Shown piece after piece: positions 23,091-39,500 of a stretch of DNA of 64,000 nucleotides. The DNA is taken from positions 24,180,001 through 24,244,000 of the forward strand of contig CM052845.1 of the NCBI GenBank assembly GCA_028534125.1. Reading direction: 5' to 3'. A program made the position numbers and the translations under genes. How positions within the stretch are numbered: position 1 is the stretch's first letter; each line of letters begins with the position of its first letter. The notes beneath the pieces are model-generated. The model saw only the letters and a program-made list of their open reading frames with translations, did not search any database and was not told where the DNA came from. Source of the DNA: Lama glama. Its lineage: Eukaryota.

Positions 23091-25154
23091 AGTTCCCTTG
23101 TGCTTTGAAGCTGCAACTGGCTGGGCCTGCAGGACACCCTGATCCAAAGAGACCTTATCTACCGCCTCCTCCTGTCACTTCGCACAGGCCCCCCGGGGAC
23201 ACGCCAAGCCCACTGCCAGCCCTTCTCGGCCTCACACCCGTCCCCTGACCCACCAGCCTCAGTCCCTGGCGGCAGCCCCCAGCCTGCAGTGTCTGGGCAT
23301 CCATGCCCACCTGACTGGGTACCACCTTCTCCAGGAAGCCTTCCCTGATCCTCACGAGCCCCCGTCGTGCCTGCAGCCCGGACACAGCCTGTGCTGGGCC
23401 TGCTCACAGCACGGGCCTGTCCTCACGTCTGGGGTCATCACACCTGGGCTGGCCTCGCAGCTGGGCGCCCCCTTGGCTGTGGCTCTGCGTCTCGTTCACG
23501 TCTGCTCCTCCAGCAAGTCGGAACTCGACAACTGTTGAGATGACTCCTGCTTAGGCTGTCATGTTATCCGTCCCCTCCTGGAATCCAAATCTCTGGGTTT
23601 AATGCATTTGAATTGTGCCAAATAAATTATCTCTAACTAGACGGGGGGCGGGGGGGAGTGTTCATCCACTCTTCAGGGCCAAGAGTTGAAGAGCCACTTC
23701 CCTGACCCCGTTACAAATTCTTCGTATCCTGACCCTCTTTGAAAAGGACCCAGTACGCAACGTCAGAGAAACCCCTTTAACCGCTAACAAACCATGAGAA
23801 GGCAACCGATCAATGTCCTTTCCTCAGTGGCAGTCACCTCTTAGCAGCAGAGGCCACCGAGAGTTTCCTCGCTTGCTCCTGGATACCATCCCGCTGGAGC
23901 CGCGGAAAACAGTGGGAAATTCAGCCCCGAGGCGAGCGGACAAAAAGAGGCTTTGTCTGCAGCGAGGGGCCCGGTTCCCACAGCACACACACAAAGGAGG
24001 GCCGCAGACACTGCTCTGCTCTGTGTTCCTGCCCTCGGTGTTTACAGAGGGGCCTGCGACAAGCAAGATGTGGAGAAAAGCCCCTTGTGTGCAGGACACT
24101 GCCTGGGAAATACGGGTGTTGGTTATGGACGCCTTCGAAGGAAAAGGAAACGGGACACAGAGCAGCAGAAAACGTGTGCGAAGAGCCAGTGGAAGCAGCC
24201 TGGGTGACGCCCACCTAGCGGGAGCGCTGGCCTCTGTGCTCGTCCTGGACCAGATGCCCTGGAGGTCTGACCTGGGCTCCAGCTGCCTGTGACCTGCCTG
24301 CCTCGGAGGAGCTGAGCCCTGATGGAAAGACAGTATGACAACCAAGCCCGAGGGTTTACCATGTCCGGTGACCGACCGGCAGCCTCTCCGCCCAGCCCGG
24401 ACGCCGGCAGTCGCGGTGATGCTGTCTGGCCGATCAGAGCCCAGCAAAGCAGACTGGCAGCAGCCGAAGGGACCGCGCGCCCTTCTGTAATCACCACCTG
24501 AATCACAACATCACGTTATTAGCTAAACACTCTCTAAACGGCAACAGGCACTGGGCAGCCCTCGCGCTGGATGGGACGCTAGCACCACCTCCCACTTCCC
24601 AGAACGCGGCGGGGGAGTCAGCCTTGGCGCCTTCGCAGCCTCAGTCTCAAGGGACTCGTCGTCTGAAACCCCGGGGGCAACAGGCAGCCTGCATCTGTTT
24701 CGACGGTTACACAGCGCTGAACCCGGTGATGGGCACGAGGTATATTTTTGATACATTACATTGTTTCTCTTGGCTCGTGCGTGCAAGCCCGTTTATACCA
24801 CACTGCTGAAGTTTGAGAGGTTCCAGAGTATGCCATGGAAACAGAAGAAAAGGTTTTCAGAATGCATTAGAAAGGTTAACATCCAATTTGCAGAAAAAGG
24901 AGCGGGTTTAGATTTTAATCTCTCGAGTCTCTGAGTGTCTCCCCCGACTGAGATACTCTGCCTGCCTGAGGACCTCAGGCTCTGGCCACATGACGACTCT
25001 GTCCAGACCTGGACACCAGGACCCTCAACCAAGCTCTAGCAGGGCCGCCAGCCCCATAAGGCTGTGTCCTGGGAGACCCAGACCCCAGAGAGTGGAGGCT
25101 GCCGGGAGGGTCACCGTGTTCCAGCCACACCCGACCACAGGCCCTGACCCCACA

Positions 25155-25552
25155 CCCCAAGTCGCTGTCACTTCTGTGTGGCTCCCAGTGACCCCTGTCT
25201 CTTCCCACTGTGGGTGGGGACCTTAGCGGGATGGCAAGGGTGAGTCCTTCGTCCGTGCCTCAGATGCCCATTTAACTCTCACCACCCAGGAGCCCCCTTC
25301 TCCAGGGCCTGAGAGCCATGCCTTCAGATGGAATCTTCAGGAAGGAAGGGCTGGTCTCCCAGGCCCTGGGGACGGCGCAGTCCTAACTCAGGCAGCCGCC
25401 TGCTACAGACATGTGGACCCTTCACACATGCAGGACTGACCCTGGCCACCTGTCTACGGGTCTCCCCTGTCCCAGATCCCTCAGCCTCCCCCAAGTCACT
25501 GTCACCTCTGCATGACTCCCAGTGACCCTTGTCCCTTCCCACTGTGGGTGGG
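25155..25552. repeat. 64-bp direct repeat pair (25155-25218 / 25489-25552)
   Basis: ccccaagtcrctgtcacytctg....ctcccagtgaccc.tgtc.cttcccactgtgggtggg occurs twice, 334 bp apart. Confidence 0.85.
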
Positions 25553-26449
25553 AACAGAATAAAATCTGTTGTCACCACCTTAACGGACGTCCGACTGTGT
25601 TTGTCTTCAGTGGCTTCAGAGGTCAGGAAACTCACCCACAAGCCTCGATCTGGTGGGAGGAACGGCAGCTCCCGGGACGTCTTTATAAAAGTCAGGACGC
25701 TGTGCCCACGGGCAGGTGACTGCAGAACTGAGGGGTGGGCGGTGAGAGAGAGAGGAGCAAATGCGACATGAGTGACAGTTGGGGTTTGGCAGACGCCCCA
25801 GCAGAAAGACTGTTCACTACAGTGTGGACCCCACCTGCTCACATAACGTGCCTTTTAGAGACTGTGCTGAAGGTGGATTCCTGTAGATAAATACAAAATG
25901 GCCAGGTAAGTGCCGTGTCACTCCTGGAGCTGCGGTACTGTGACCTCCGTCCGGGCGGGGCCACACCCTCTGCCTGGCGGGGTAGGAGGATCTCAGATGG
26001 CTCTCCCGCTGAGTCTCACGCACGCACTCGCCCGTGGTCCCGGTAAACCTACAGGTGCAAGCTGAGTGCCTGCGTGTCCCAGGCTGACCGAGAATCTGGG
26101 GGCACAGGGGCAGGCGGGACCAGGCCCCCCGTGTCTCCACGGAGCTTGGCTTCCAGTGAGGGTGACAGACCAGAGCAAGCAAACAGACCTGCTACAGCCG
26201 GACGTTAACCACAAAGGCACATCTAAGTGGGGAACGATAACAACGGCCCGATGTAAGTGGAAAATCAGAAGACACAGCACACTGGATATTTGTGCCAAAG
26301 ATAAAGGTCTGATCTAAGCGGGTGACAGCAAAGGCCTCGTGTAACAGGACAGCAGCACACTAACAACGTGATGTGACATGACGGGTGACAGTGACAGAAG
26401 GGACATCGCCTAGCTAGACAGTAACAAGAGCCACCAGGAAAAGCAAGGA

Positions 26450-26900
26450 GAACACCACTCAGCCACAGAGAGAGTGAAACCGGCCATGTGCAGCTGCAAG
26501 GATGCCCTGGAGGTGACCACGCTAAGTGAAGCCATTCCGACAGAGAAAGACAAATATCCTACGACATCACTCATACGTGGAATCTCAAAAAATGATACGA
26601 ATGAGCTTATTCACAAAGCAGAAAAAGACGCACAGACAGAAACAAATTTATGGCTACCAGTGTGGGGGTGGGGGAAGGATTAGGCGTTTGGGGTTTGTAA
26701 GCACACGTTGCTAGATATAAAATAGATAAGCAACAAGGACCTACTGTAGAGCACAGGGAACTACATTCAGTGTTTTGTAACAACCTATAATGGAAAAAAA
26801 TCTAAAAAAGAATATGTATGTACAACTGAATCACTGTGCTGCACACCAGAAATTAATACAACATTGTAAACCAACTATACTTCAAATAAAACAAAGAAAA
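26450..26900 (+). mobile_element. LINE-1 3' end fragment
   Basis: ctaagtgaa...cagagaaagacaaatatc...aacaaggacctactgtagagcacagggaactacattcag...actgaatcactgtgctgcacaccagaaattaatacaacattgtaaaccaactatacttcaaataaaa. Confidence 0.9.
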
Positions 26901-27329
26901 GCCAAAGCCGCTGAGTGACAGACAGTGGCGGGACGGAGGAGGTGAAGTGGGGAGGGTGGTGTGGGAAGGCCGTCTCCAGGGCAGGACTGAGCAAGAGTGA
27001 GCAGGGGTGACAGGAGCCAGGGGACATGGGGACAGAGGGCCCAGGCAGAGAGGACACTGTAAACTCCGTGGGACGGATGTACGCATGACCCACATGAGGA
27101 CCAGCAAGACAGCCTGAGTGCCTGGAAAGGCATGAAGATGGGGGCACAGCAGGGACAGTGTGCAGAGGTTGACAGAGGCAGACTGGGGAGCCCTGTGAGC
27201 CGGGCTGGAGTCTGGGTCCATTGGGGACAAGCAGGCCACCAGAGGGTCTGCGTCTGTGTAGGACAGTGAGAGGCCCATCCCCGGGTGATGACAAAGGCCA
27301 GAGGGTGAGATTCGTGCTGGACACTCTCT

Positions 27330-27944
27330 GTGGTCCTGCTGCCCAGCCTGGGCGCTGGGCCCAGGGCCCTCTCGCTGATGCAGCAAGGGCTCGCAGGGTC
27401 CGGGAGCACAGGCCATGCGTGGAGACGAGAAAGAGCCTTCAGGCCACTGCGGGGTGCGGGGAGGGAAGGGCCTCGGAAGGGCCCAGAGCAGGAGCAAGAC
27501 AGGAGCAGGCCTGGAGAGGAGGACGGGGTCCCCGGGGCTCAGATGAAGTGAAGACAGAGCCAGACCCAGCCAGGTGTCCTGTGCGCCTCCGGGCCCCATG
27601 GTGCTGACAGAGGGGTGACTGGGGCAGCCCAGAGCTCGAGTGCCCAGAAGACTTGGAGATGGCTGTGGACCGACTGAGTGAGCCCACGGGCAGGAGCAGG
27701 CGGCGCGGCGGCAGCTCCCCTCAGGGTCTCTCTGAGACGAAGGGCAGCTCTGAGGGACTTTTCTCTCATGTTCTGTTCTTTGCTGCCACCGTCCGAGGAT
27801 CAGTCTGAGAACCTGGACTCTGGAGAGTGAGGCTTGGTCCACGGTCAGCACATAGTCGTCCCAGGTCATCCTGGGCCCTGTGAGCCCTCACTACATCAGC
27901 GAGAGGGCCCTGGGCACAGCGCCCAGGCTGGGCAGCAGGACCAC
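27330..27944. repeat. 76-bp inverted repeat pair (27330-27405 / 27869-27944)
   Basis: 69 of 76 identities by manual alignment. Confidence 0.9.
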
Positions 27945-28784
27945 CTTTACCTGCGGAGTCACAGTCAGTGTCCCCGTCCACAGCACAGGGGATGAGAGCC
28001 CCCATCACCCGGTGCCTCCGCCCCTGGACCTGCCGGCCTCTCGCACCTGCCGGCCGGCCTGTGCAGACACCACACCCGGACGTGCTGACCCGGGCACCGC
28101 TGCTGCTGCTCGGCCGCTGCGAACACGAAGGCCCCGCTCATGACTGACTCCTGAACGAACGCTGATCCCTGGACCGCAGGAGTGGACGGCGGGCAGGTCG
28201 CAGCCGGGGAAGGAGGCTCGTCACCTCCTTGGGGTGCAGGTGGGGTTTCCCCTCATCTCCGAGGGGCTGACCTGTGGGCTGCCACCTGGTCACTGGGCAG
28301 CCTGACAGCTGGGACAGAGCCCGGCTCTCAGCAGGTGCTGTGCGTTTGTTGGGGGTGGCACCCGCCGGCCCACATTTGGAGAAACTTCCAAGGCGCTCAG
28401 GAGTCCCCTTCCCTGGTCACCCACAGAGGGGGACAGTGTGTACGACTCTGGGGTCACTTACACCTGGGTGGAGTACCGGCCGCCCTGTGAATGTGGACCT
28501 GTGTCTGGGGTCCGCTGTAGGCAGGTTGTCCCCTGTGGGGACACCTGCGAAGGGCGAGTGAGGTAGGAAAGGGGAGGGTGTCCTTAATACTCTGCAAAAG
28601 GTGATGGCTCTGAAATGACCTCATCGCGCTGGATGTCACTCTGGGGCCCGTAACAGTCCTGCCCCACAAATGCCCGAAGAGCCTGGTGGAGACAAGGGAT
28701 GTCGAGTGCCCTGTGGACACCGACGTTCAGCCACAAGACCTGCGGCTTCTAAGCTCTTTGCTCAGTGGCGATGTATTCAACAGG

Positions 28785-28930
28785 AGCCCGGCCTGGCTGG
28801 GTTGTTGGCATCTGTCACAGGCGTCCCCTGGCTGGGCCCTCTGCTGACAGGAGGGGCCGTCTCGCCCCAGGCAGGAGGGTTTTGAGATGCCAGGCCACCA
28901 CAACAGACACAGAATTTAAATATGTGTCAC
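28785..28930 (-). mobile_element. MER74-like LTR fragment, inverted relative to the 21837 copy
   Basis: Reverse complement aligns with 21870-21995. Confidence 0.55.
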
Positions 28931-29284
28931 ACATGCACTGAGGACAAGGCCACAGCGGGCTGATTCCAGGGCACAAGCCGCCCGGCCAATCCGCCCAAAC
29001 CCACATCCTCTCCCTCCCGTGCTGGTCAGTGTCTGTCTGTCTGACCACTGAGCCCATTTCTCCATTTGCTCTGAACTTGGCGGGGGGGGGGGCGGGGGGG
29101 CAGGAGGAAATCCCCTCGGGCCCCTTTCTGGGGCACTTTGGGGTTTTTGTGGAATGAGGGGCCGCTCAGGAAGAGGAACACAGGGAAACTGGGTGAACAT
29201 GCCCCGATGCTCACCTGACATGCCCACAGGGACTCTAGCCCACTCTGGGGGCTGGGGCAGTGGGGTCCCCAGCTGCGTGGGCCA

Positions 29285-29700
29285 CGTTCCTTATTTCCTC
29301 TGTTGGATGGTGTTCTGACCCAGGAGAGACCCCCCTCCCAGGGCCCCGGCTTCCTTAGAGACAGCAAAGGGCAGCGAGCACGTCTCTGACACAGAACCAG
29401 ATTCAGCCACCCCCGACCCAGCCTCACGTGAGCCAGCACCTCCCCTGCCTGGCCACCCAGGGCAGGCCCCAGACCCCGACGGCCCCGGGATCATTCACAG
29501 AGGCCAGCGCCCAGCTGTTCGCCCACCGCCTGCCCTTCCCGGGGACCCCAGTAAAGGCTGTTCTGTGCCCTGACCCAAACCAGGTGTGTGCCGACCCCGC
29601 TCCGGGACATGAGCGTGCAGGAAACTTCTTCCTCCCAAACCTCGCTCCCATTTCCTGCCGTGGCCACATCAACCGTCCTGGCCCACGGCCAGCATCACAT
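29285..29700 (+). mobile_element. MER74-like ERVL LTR
   Basis: ctgacccaggagagacccccctcccagggcc...ttccttagagacagcaaaggg...ccccagtaaaggct. Confidence 0.5.
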
Positions 29701-30014
29701 CTCACGGCCCCTCCAGGAGACACTGCAGCCAGAGGGGCTGCTACCTCCTGGCCATGGGGACAGGGAGGGGACGGCGAGGGCAGAGGTGTCCAGACACACC
29801 TGACGAGTACGTGGAGACTCCCTTCCTTAGCACTGGCACCTGGAAGGACGCTCAGGAGTCACCAAACTCCTCATTTACAGACGGGGGCTCCCACCCTGCG
29901 CCTGCAGGTCCGGCCAGAGTCTCCAAGCCCCCTGCCAGCTGGCTCCCGGAGGGGATCCCCACCCCCCACCCAGGGCTCTGCTCCTGAGAGAAGACACAGC
30001 TGCACACATTTCAG

Positions 30015-33000
30015 GAGCACTGGCATCACCCAGCGATTTATTTCACCTTGGCACAGACAGACAGACAGACACGGTTTTACGGGATGGGTGCCGGGCCTTG
30101 ATCCGCACGTGACGCAGACAGTGTCAGCCGCCTGGGCTGTCTCTCAACGGGTGTGACGTGTCTTTAACCCCGGCAGCTCCGGGGCCCGTGCAGAGCTTTA
30201 AGAAGCCTTGGGGGAGTTTTCATCTCGCATGAGAACACGTTGAGCCTTTTATTTCCCTTCATTTCAAACCAGTTCCCCAAGCACGGAGACAGTGCCCACC
30301 TGCCCGTGGCTGCGCGGAGAGCTGGCGCCACGTGGTCCAGGCGCCCTTCTGGACGGGGAGAGCCTGGAGAAACACGCCGCCGGCAGGAATGCAGATGCAA
30401 CCGGGACGCGTGCGCACTTCCACCTCAGACCCTACCATCTTCTTGGAATAATGCCACTGCAGAGGGAAGGGGGAAATCAGAACTCTGATTTTTTTTTAAC
30501 ACCAAAATAAAACATTTTGGAAGCTAGGAAAGCACCTAAAGCAAGACAATACGAAACAGCGGTTCTGTTTACATTCAGCCCAGGAAGGTGTTAACACAGA
30601 CTATGTCCTGAGACCATCTGAACCTCAGGGAAAGGCAAAGAACCAAAAACATGCCGTTTCAGAATCTTTCTCAGGAAGTTACCCAAGAGACCAGCGGGTT
30701 AAACAGGGGCTACCAGGATCACTAAGGGATCACAGAAATTAACAGAAATGGAGCAGGTGACTCGTGTTTGTAAGTATTTGCAGCAAAACTGATCCAGGTA
30801 GGAGTTTTAACTCAGCAGCCAACGAACCCCCACAGCGTTCATTCTCTTTGAGGAAAAAGAAACAAGTGTGGCCACAGAGTCAGAAGTCAAGTCGCCAAGT
30901 CCCAAACGCAGCCACGAGTCCAGGCTGGTGCTGGGTGGGCCCCAAGACCAAGAGTGAAGACAGACAGAAAATGAAGGCATCTTAGCCCCGTTCCCTTGGG
31001 CTCTGAATGAACCCCGACTGACAATACCCAAGTCACGGCTGGTCAGCTAACCGCGAGAGGACGCTTCCCTGAATAACACTCTCCCCTTAAAATGCCACTG
31101 CTCGTTCCGGGGCCTGGACGTGTCAGTGTGCATGCACAGCTTAATTTCGTGAGAACTGTGGATGGCCGTCCTCAGTGTATTAGGTTCATCTGCCTCTTCA
31201 CTGATCCAAGATCAAGAGTATTTCTGCCCTGACTGTTTCCCCACGCAGAGCTGCAAGCAGACTTAGCACACCACACTGAACATAACGAGGTGCTTCCTGG
31301 GAACCTCAGAGCTGCGGCCAGTCTCGGCCATGCCTGCCCCTCCCCCCAGCAGTCCTCCAAACCAGCGATCTTGGGAGGGGTGGCTTTTCCACGTGTTTAA
31401 CTGGTGCACACCTCCTGGCCCCACACCCCAGGTACTGCCCCAGGAAAGCAAAGCGATCTGGCTCTCACGGCACGCCAGGTCCTCAGGGCTTGTTCTCGGT
31501 GATGTCACTATCAGAAACCCGGTCTCTAAGGTTCTGCACCCTCTCCAGTCTAGGCTTCCTTGGGTATTTCAGGCTGACAAACCCCAGGCGCTCCGGGACC
31601 AGCTCCCAGAGGAAGAGGTGCTCTGTGTATACAGACATTCAACCAAAGGATGAAGTAACAGACAGCACTCCGGCTGGGCTCGCCATCACTCAGCTGTCCA
31701 CCGACGTCTAACACGCCTCCCACCCTAAGGGAAGCCCGTTCCCGCTTCTAAATGGTAAACGTCATAGGAATGATTTCCCAAGTGAAATCACGGTGATGAT
31801 ACTTCATGGGGTTGATACTGAAGGAACGAAAATACTAGCTTGGTTCCATTTCACATGAAAGTTTTACCAAAAGTGCTGAAGGTCCAGAGTAAAAATGTAC
31901 GGCCGCAAGAAACACTCGTGTCTTTAAAAGAACATCACTTATTTCTGTTAGATCTCAACTCTTTTTCTCCAACTATGTCTCCAGTTGACTGCGACAAAGA
32001 AGCCAAAGAAGTCGGGTGACAGGAGGCCAGTTTTCCTTTCCTAAGACAATGAACCAAGCTGTGAAGACACCGTCTCCTGGCAAGAGCAGGCGTGGGCAGG
32101 CACACAAGTCAGCAGGACGCACTCGGGCTGCAATGGTACCGCCTGGTCCTGGAGCACAGGCGTGATCCATGGCGTCCTTCCTCACCACGCTGAACAGATG
32201 GCTTTCATAGCCACAGACCCTCTAAAAAGCATAACCTACTTCCCATCTACCCCCGGACTGGCACAGAGCTAAACTCCCGTCGCTGGGTTCACGGGTCAGC
32301 CAGTCAGGTGCACGTGACCTCACCTTCTTACTCGCCAGTCATGTTCCACGTGTGCTTTTCTGACTGTAATAAAAAAGTGATTGGACTCAGAACCCAAATC
32401 AGTTTGCCTCTGTTGATGAGTGGGTACTGTATCATAGAAGTCTTAATAAACAGGAAGCCCTGTCCATACCTACTTGGAAAGTAAAATGCTGTAACAAATG
32501 AGGGGGTGGGTCCTTGTGCCCTGTTAATTTCAAGTTAACTCTATTAAGATATTTTCCTACAATTAGGAAAATGTAGCTTACCTGCTAAACTGCATGTTAA
32601 ATACACATTACTTCCCCATAGGTCAACCTGCTCCTCGGCACTCTGCCACGTTTTCTCTGAACAATGCTTGCAGAAACGGAACTTCCCTCATCAGAGTCAC
32701 AGGATTCACATTCAGAACATCATAGGGAGTGGGTTCAAACTGTGCATGCGGGTTTCCCTTTAGAACTCTCAAACAGAAAGGACTGCAACCTTCTCTGGGG
32801 GGAACACTACTCTCCCAGAGCCCCTTTAAAACGTGAAAACGGCCGAGTGCACCTGGTGGTCCTGGCGCTCCCTCTGAAACAGACCAGCACCCATGTCTGC
32901 TGCCAGCTTCCCCCGAAGACATGCTCTGCAGCAAACGTCCAGTCACCAGAGATTAAAACTCAAACAACAGCATGTCGTTATCCTATCACCGAGCATAACT

Positions 33001-33684
33001 ACGACCACCCTTTAACTGGAAAATACTGAACCCGTGGAAGTTACGTTCTTATCAGTTGTAATTTTAAGCCTCAAGCCAAAAGACACATGACCCTCTTTCA
33101 GTGATTCCACTAATACAGTTCACGTTGGCCTAATTTAGGACCTCAATTCTTGGGCCTTGGAGCCTTCTCATCCTGCAGTGGCCACACTGCACCCACAGAA
33201 CTCAAGCCTGGCCTCCTGGCCACTCTGCCAGCAACCCCTGGGACACCCCAGTACACCCGGAATACATGCTGGGTACACCCAGCCCACCGCGGTACACTCC
33301 GGGCCCCGCCCACCGTACCCTGAAGCTTAATCTTGCATCCTAGTTCCTCCTTCTCAGGTGTTTTGTATGTTATTTGTAAGGGTACCTATTTGCACATACC
33401 CTTCGTCTTACACCATCCACCCCCACTAAGCGAAGCAAAGCGAGAGGAGTGCAGATGAGCGAAGCGGACCTTAACACAGTTCTGCAAAAGGTCTTCAAGG
33501 CCCTGCGACAAGCTTCTACCATCTACGTGTTTCAGTGACCCCGTGGGCAGCGCCCACCCCACAACTCTCCCTCCCCGCCTCCGCTGCCGTGGCCCAACTC
33601 CAGCTTCCCTGTTGGGATCTCGGCCCGCGGGGCCTCCCCTGTCCCAGGGCCGCAGAGGGACACGCCTGGGCGACCCTGGCCACC
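30015..33684 (-). other. KBTBD11: KBTBD11 3'UTR (about 3.7 kb)
   Basis: Largely repeat-poor sequence after the stop, ending at minus-strand AATAAA (30037-30042) with downstream GT-rich sequence. Confidence 0.6.
30037..30042 (-). terminator. Polyadenylation signal, KBTBD11
   Basis: TTTATT on + is AATAAA on -, followed by TGTGTGCAGCTGTGTCTTCT. An alternative AATAAA is at 30248-30253. Confidence 0.6.
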
Positions 33685-36521
<2,837 letters not shown>

Positions 36522-39500
36522 CTGTTTACAGGAGAGAGAGAGAGAGAGGCCGTTGGAATTTGCGTTTCACAGCAGGGCTATTTGGTGTCGTGGCACCCAC
36601 CACACTTCCCTCCACAACTTACAGGTGACAGGACTCAGATTTGGTGGGAACAGGGACTTTGCCTTTTCAGGGCTGGAGAGCTCAGTGAATAAGACATACG
36701 GGTTATTAGGTATCTAGGTATGAAGAACAGCTCCTCCCCTGAGTTTGAAGGCCTATAAAGGGAACCCAGTTCAGCCTTAAATACACTGGGTTGACCCCCA
36801 GGAAACCGCCAGTTTGGTAGCTCGACAGCAGTCAGATCTCCACCATTTCCTACTTTCAACCCGGTGAGACGTGTGTAAAATTAAGGACTTTCAGCGAGAA
36901 AGCACGACTGGTCTATGAAACCTTGTTTGTTTTATTATGTGAGTTTTCCTGAAGTCATTTCTAGTCAAGTGTCTCACATTCAGTCACAACAGATATTTGC
37001 AGAAGGGTGCTGAGGGCTCTTCTCTGGAGTTGGCCTCAGAGGCTCCAACTCTGAAGTCTGTTTGAACTGCTCATTCGTGGAATTGCGTCTCCCAGAACCC
37101 CAGGGAAGCCACTCTCCAAATAGCAGACCTGTGGCCAAAGAAAAGGCCCAGCATCCAGACCAAACCGAAACACAGCCAAAAAACAAAGCCCACGGAGGTG
37201 CTGTGAAGGCAGGTGTGAACGCCTGGAGACGAGGTGTTTTTAAAAAACAATAAAATACCTCCTCAATTGGCAAAGCCTTCACTGAGACTCCCCGGCCTGG
37301 GAGGGGGCTTTGTGTAAAGAGGGAAGCACATTGTGCTCTGGGTTCCCCAGAAGAGGCTGCAGACAGAAAACTGCACCAAGCAGAGCTCAGGCTTCTCATC
37401 GTTGTGCAGGGGGTCACCTCTCCGATGCGGTGGGAAAGGTGACACTTAACCACCCGCCTCCCCCAGCTGCTCTTGATTTCTGCTGATCACACTTAATACT
37501 GACCTGGTCCCTCTAAACGCTCTGGGTTGAGTGTGTGTCTTGAGTGTGTGCGTGTGTAAATACACACCTGAACCAGGCCCTGTTCTTCCTGCTCCTGTTA
37601 CTAAAAGAGCTTTCCGGTATCCTCAGAAATCAGTCTTTGAGGTGGAAACTCAAGACACTCAGTTCTCGCTCTCCCCCCACCCCCCTCCCTCTCCCTTTCC
37701 AGAGTCTTTAACCATAACCTTCTGGGCGCATTCGGCATGCGCAGGGCACTGTCTGGGACCCGTGGGAGCTGCGTGGGGGATGCTGGGATGGGCTGACAGT
37801 GACCGCGGGACGCCAGCAGGACACGCCGGGCTCGCATGTTTACTCAGCTGTGCCCCGGCCCTGCCGAGGCTGCGTCCAGTGAGCTGGAAGTGAACGCTGG
37901 CCCCCGGCGACTGGGGTGTGATGACAACTGGAAACCTGCACGGATTTTACAAGCAAAGTTTCTGGCGTGTGCCCAAAACGCCGGAGGTGCTTTTTTAGCT
38001 GAGTCACTCAAGGGAAAATTTGATAAAAATTAAGACAGATTTCCATATCTTACCCCAATATGCACATGAACCTTAATGTCTGAAATAAAGTCAGAGAACC
38101 GGCCCCCTTATTTGCTTCTTTCTTTTCACACTTTCTCTGTGTAGTAGAGAAGACCTTGGAGCTCAGAAAAATAACTAGTATTTTTTTCTTTTTTTGGCCT
38201 GGAAAAGGGTTTCAGAACTTCCCAGCCCAACCCACAAGACTCCTCTTCACGGAAGTCATCACAGACCCAAAGGAACACACAGGATGGGACACATTTTAAA
38301 AGCCTAAGTTTGGAACTCTCGTGTTTTAAAAGCGCCACAGAATCAGCCTACAGCCTGAGAGAACCAGGCAGACTGTGTATTTTGTCTTCGCTTCAGCAAG
38401 CAGAGGCTTCATCTCCACAATGAAACAAAAACAGCCCCGTTCTCGCCGGCCCCCGGGCGCCCCCGGCGTGGGGCACAGAGCAGGCTGGCGGAGCCGGGGG
38501 CAGCCCAGACCCTGGCACAGCCACGGTCCCCCCCAGTCCAACCGTGACGGCCACACACTGATGGCCAGCTGTGCGCCCAGCGACCCGGTCAGGGGCCCGC
38601 GCCCACCACACATCGGCCAGGGTGAATGCTGTCAGGTGGGCAAGGCCATCTGTCACTGACGCTGGGTCCACGAGCTGGGAGGCCGCCCCATGGTGCCGCT
38701 TTCTGAAGGACGGTTCTGCAGAGCAGCAGGTCCCGGCCCCCACCCACCTTGCAGGACAGACGGTCAGATTCCCCCAGAGAGAGAGGGAACCACGTAGAAG
38801 GGCCATTTCCTTGTTCAAACGTGTTAAAGGAACTCGACATTAATAGCTGTATCTTTTTTTCCCCCAAATAACCCATTACTCTGATTTGGCCTTAAAATAG
38901 GTGGGGAAGAGTCAGCCCACAGTATCACAGTCCTCCACGTTGCTGAGACAGGGGCGGACTTGCTTGGACCGGCAGTCCCCGGTTTCCGGAGGGACGTCCG
39001 CCTCGCTCTGCGGTTGGCCCTGGAATCAGAACTGCCCCCAGAGGCTCCGGGAGGGTTCTGTGCGCGGCACATCCTGGTGGTGGTGAGATAACCAGCCTCC
39101 GCGCCTGACCCAGGCGGCGGGAGGGCTGCTCCCCTGGGCCCGGCTTCTGGGGCCTGTCACAACCGAGGAAGACAACACCTGAGCCCAGCGTAGTAACGGG
39201 GCGGCCCTGTCGGGGTAGGTACGGAGTGGTGCTAACAGGGCCCTTCCCAGCTGCAGTGGGAATTCTAACAGGGACTCATTTTCTTTAAATGTAACTTAGG
39301 TAGCATTTCCCACAAAGAGCACACGTTTCTTCTTGACACTGTAAGTGCCTAAGTGGGGTTTTCTAAAGCCCTTTCTATGAATTTCTTCACTATTAATGTC
39401 AATTTTCAAAAAAGGATTGAGTATGACATCCTAAGGCGGACATTATTTACACATATAATGTGGAAATTAGATGATTTAAAATTAAATATGCCTCATTGTA

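Noticed and set aside
26853-27869. 338-aa minus-strand ORF
   Set aside because: Runs into an L1 tail, has a composition typical of GC-rich non-coding DNA, no domain.
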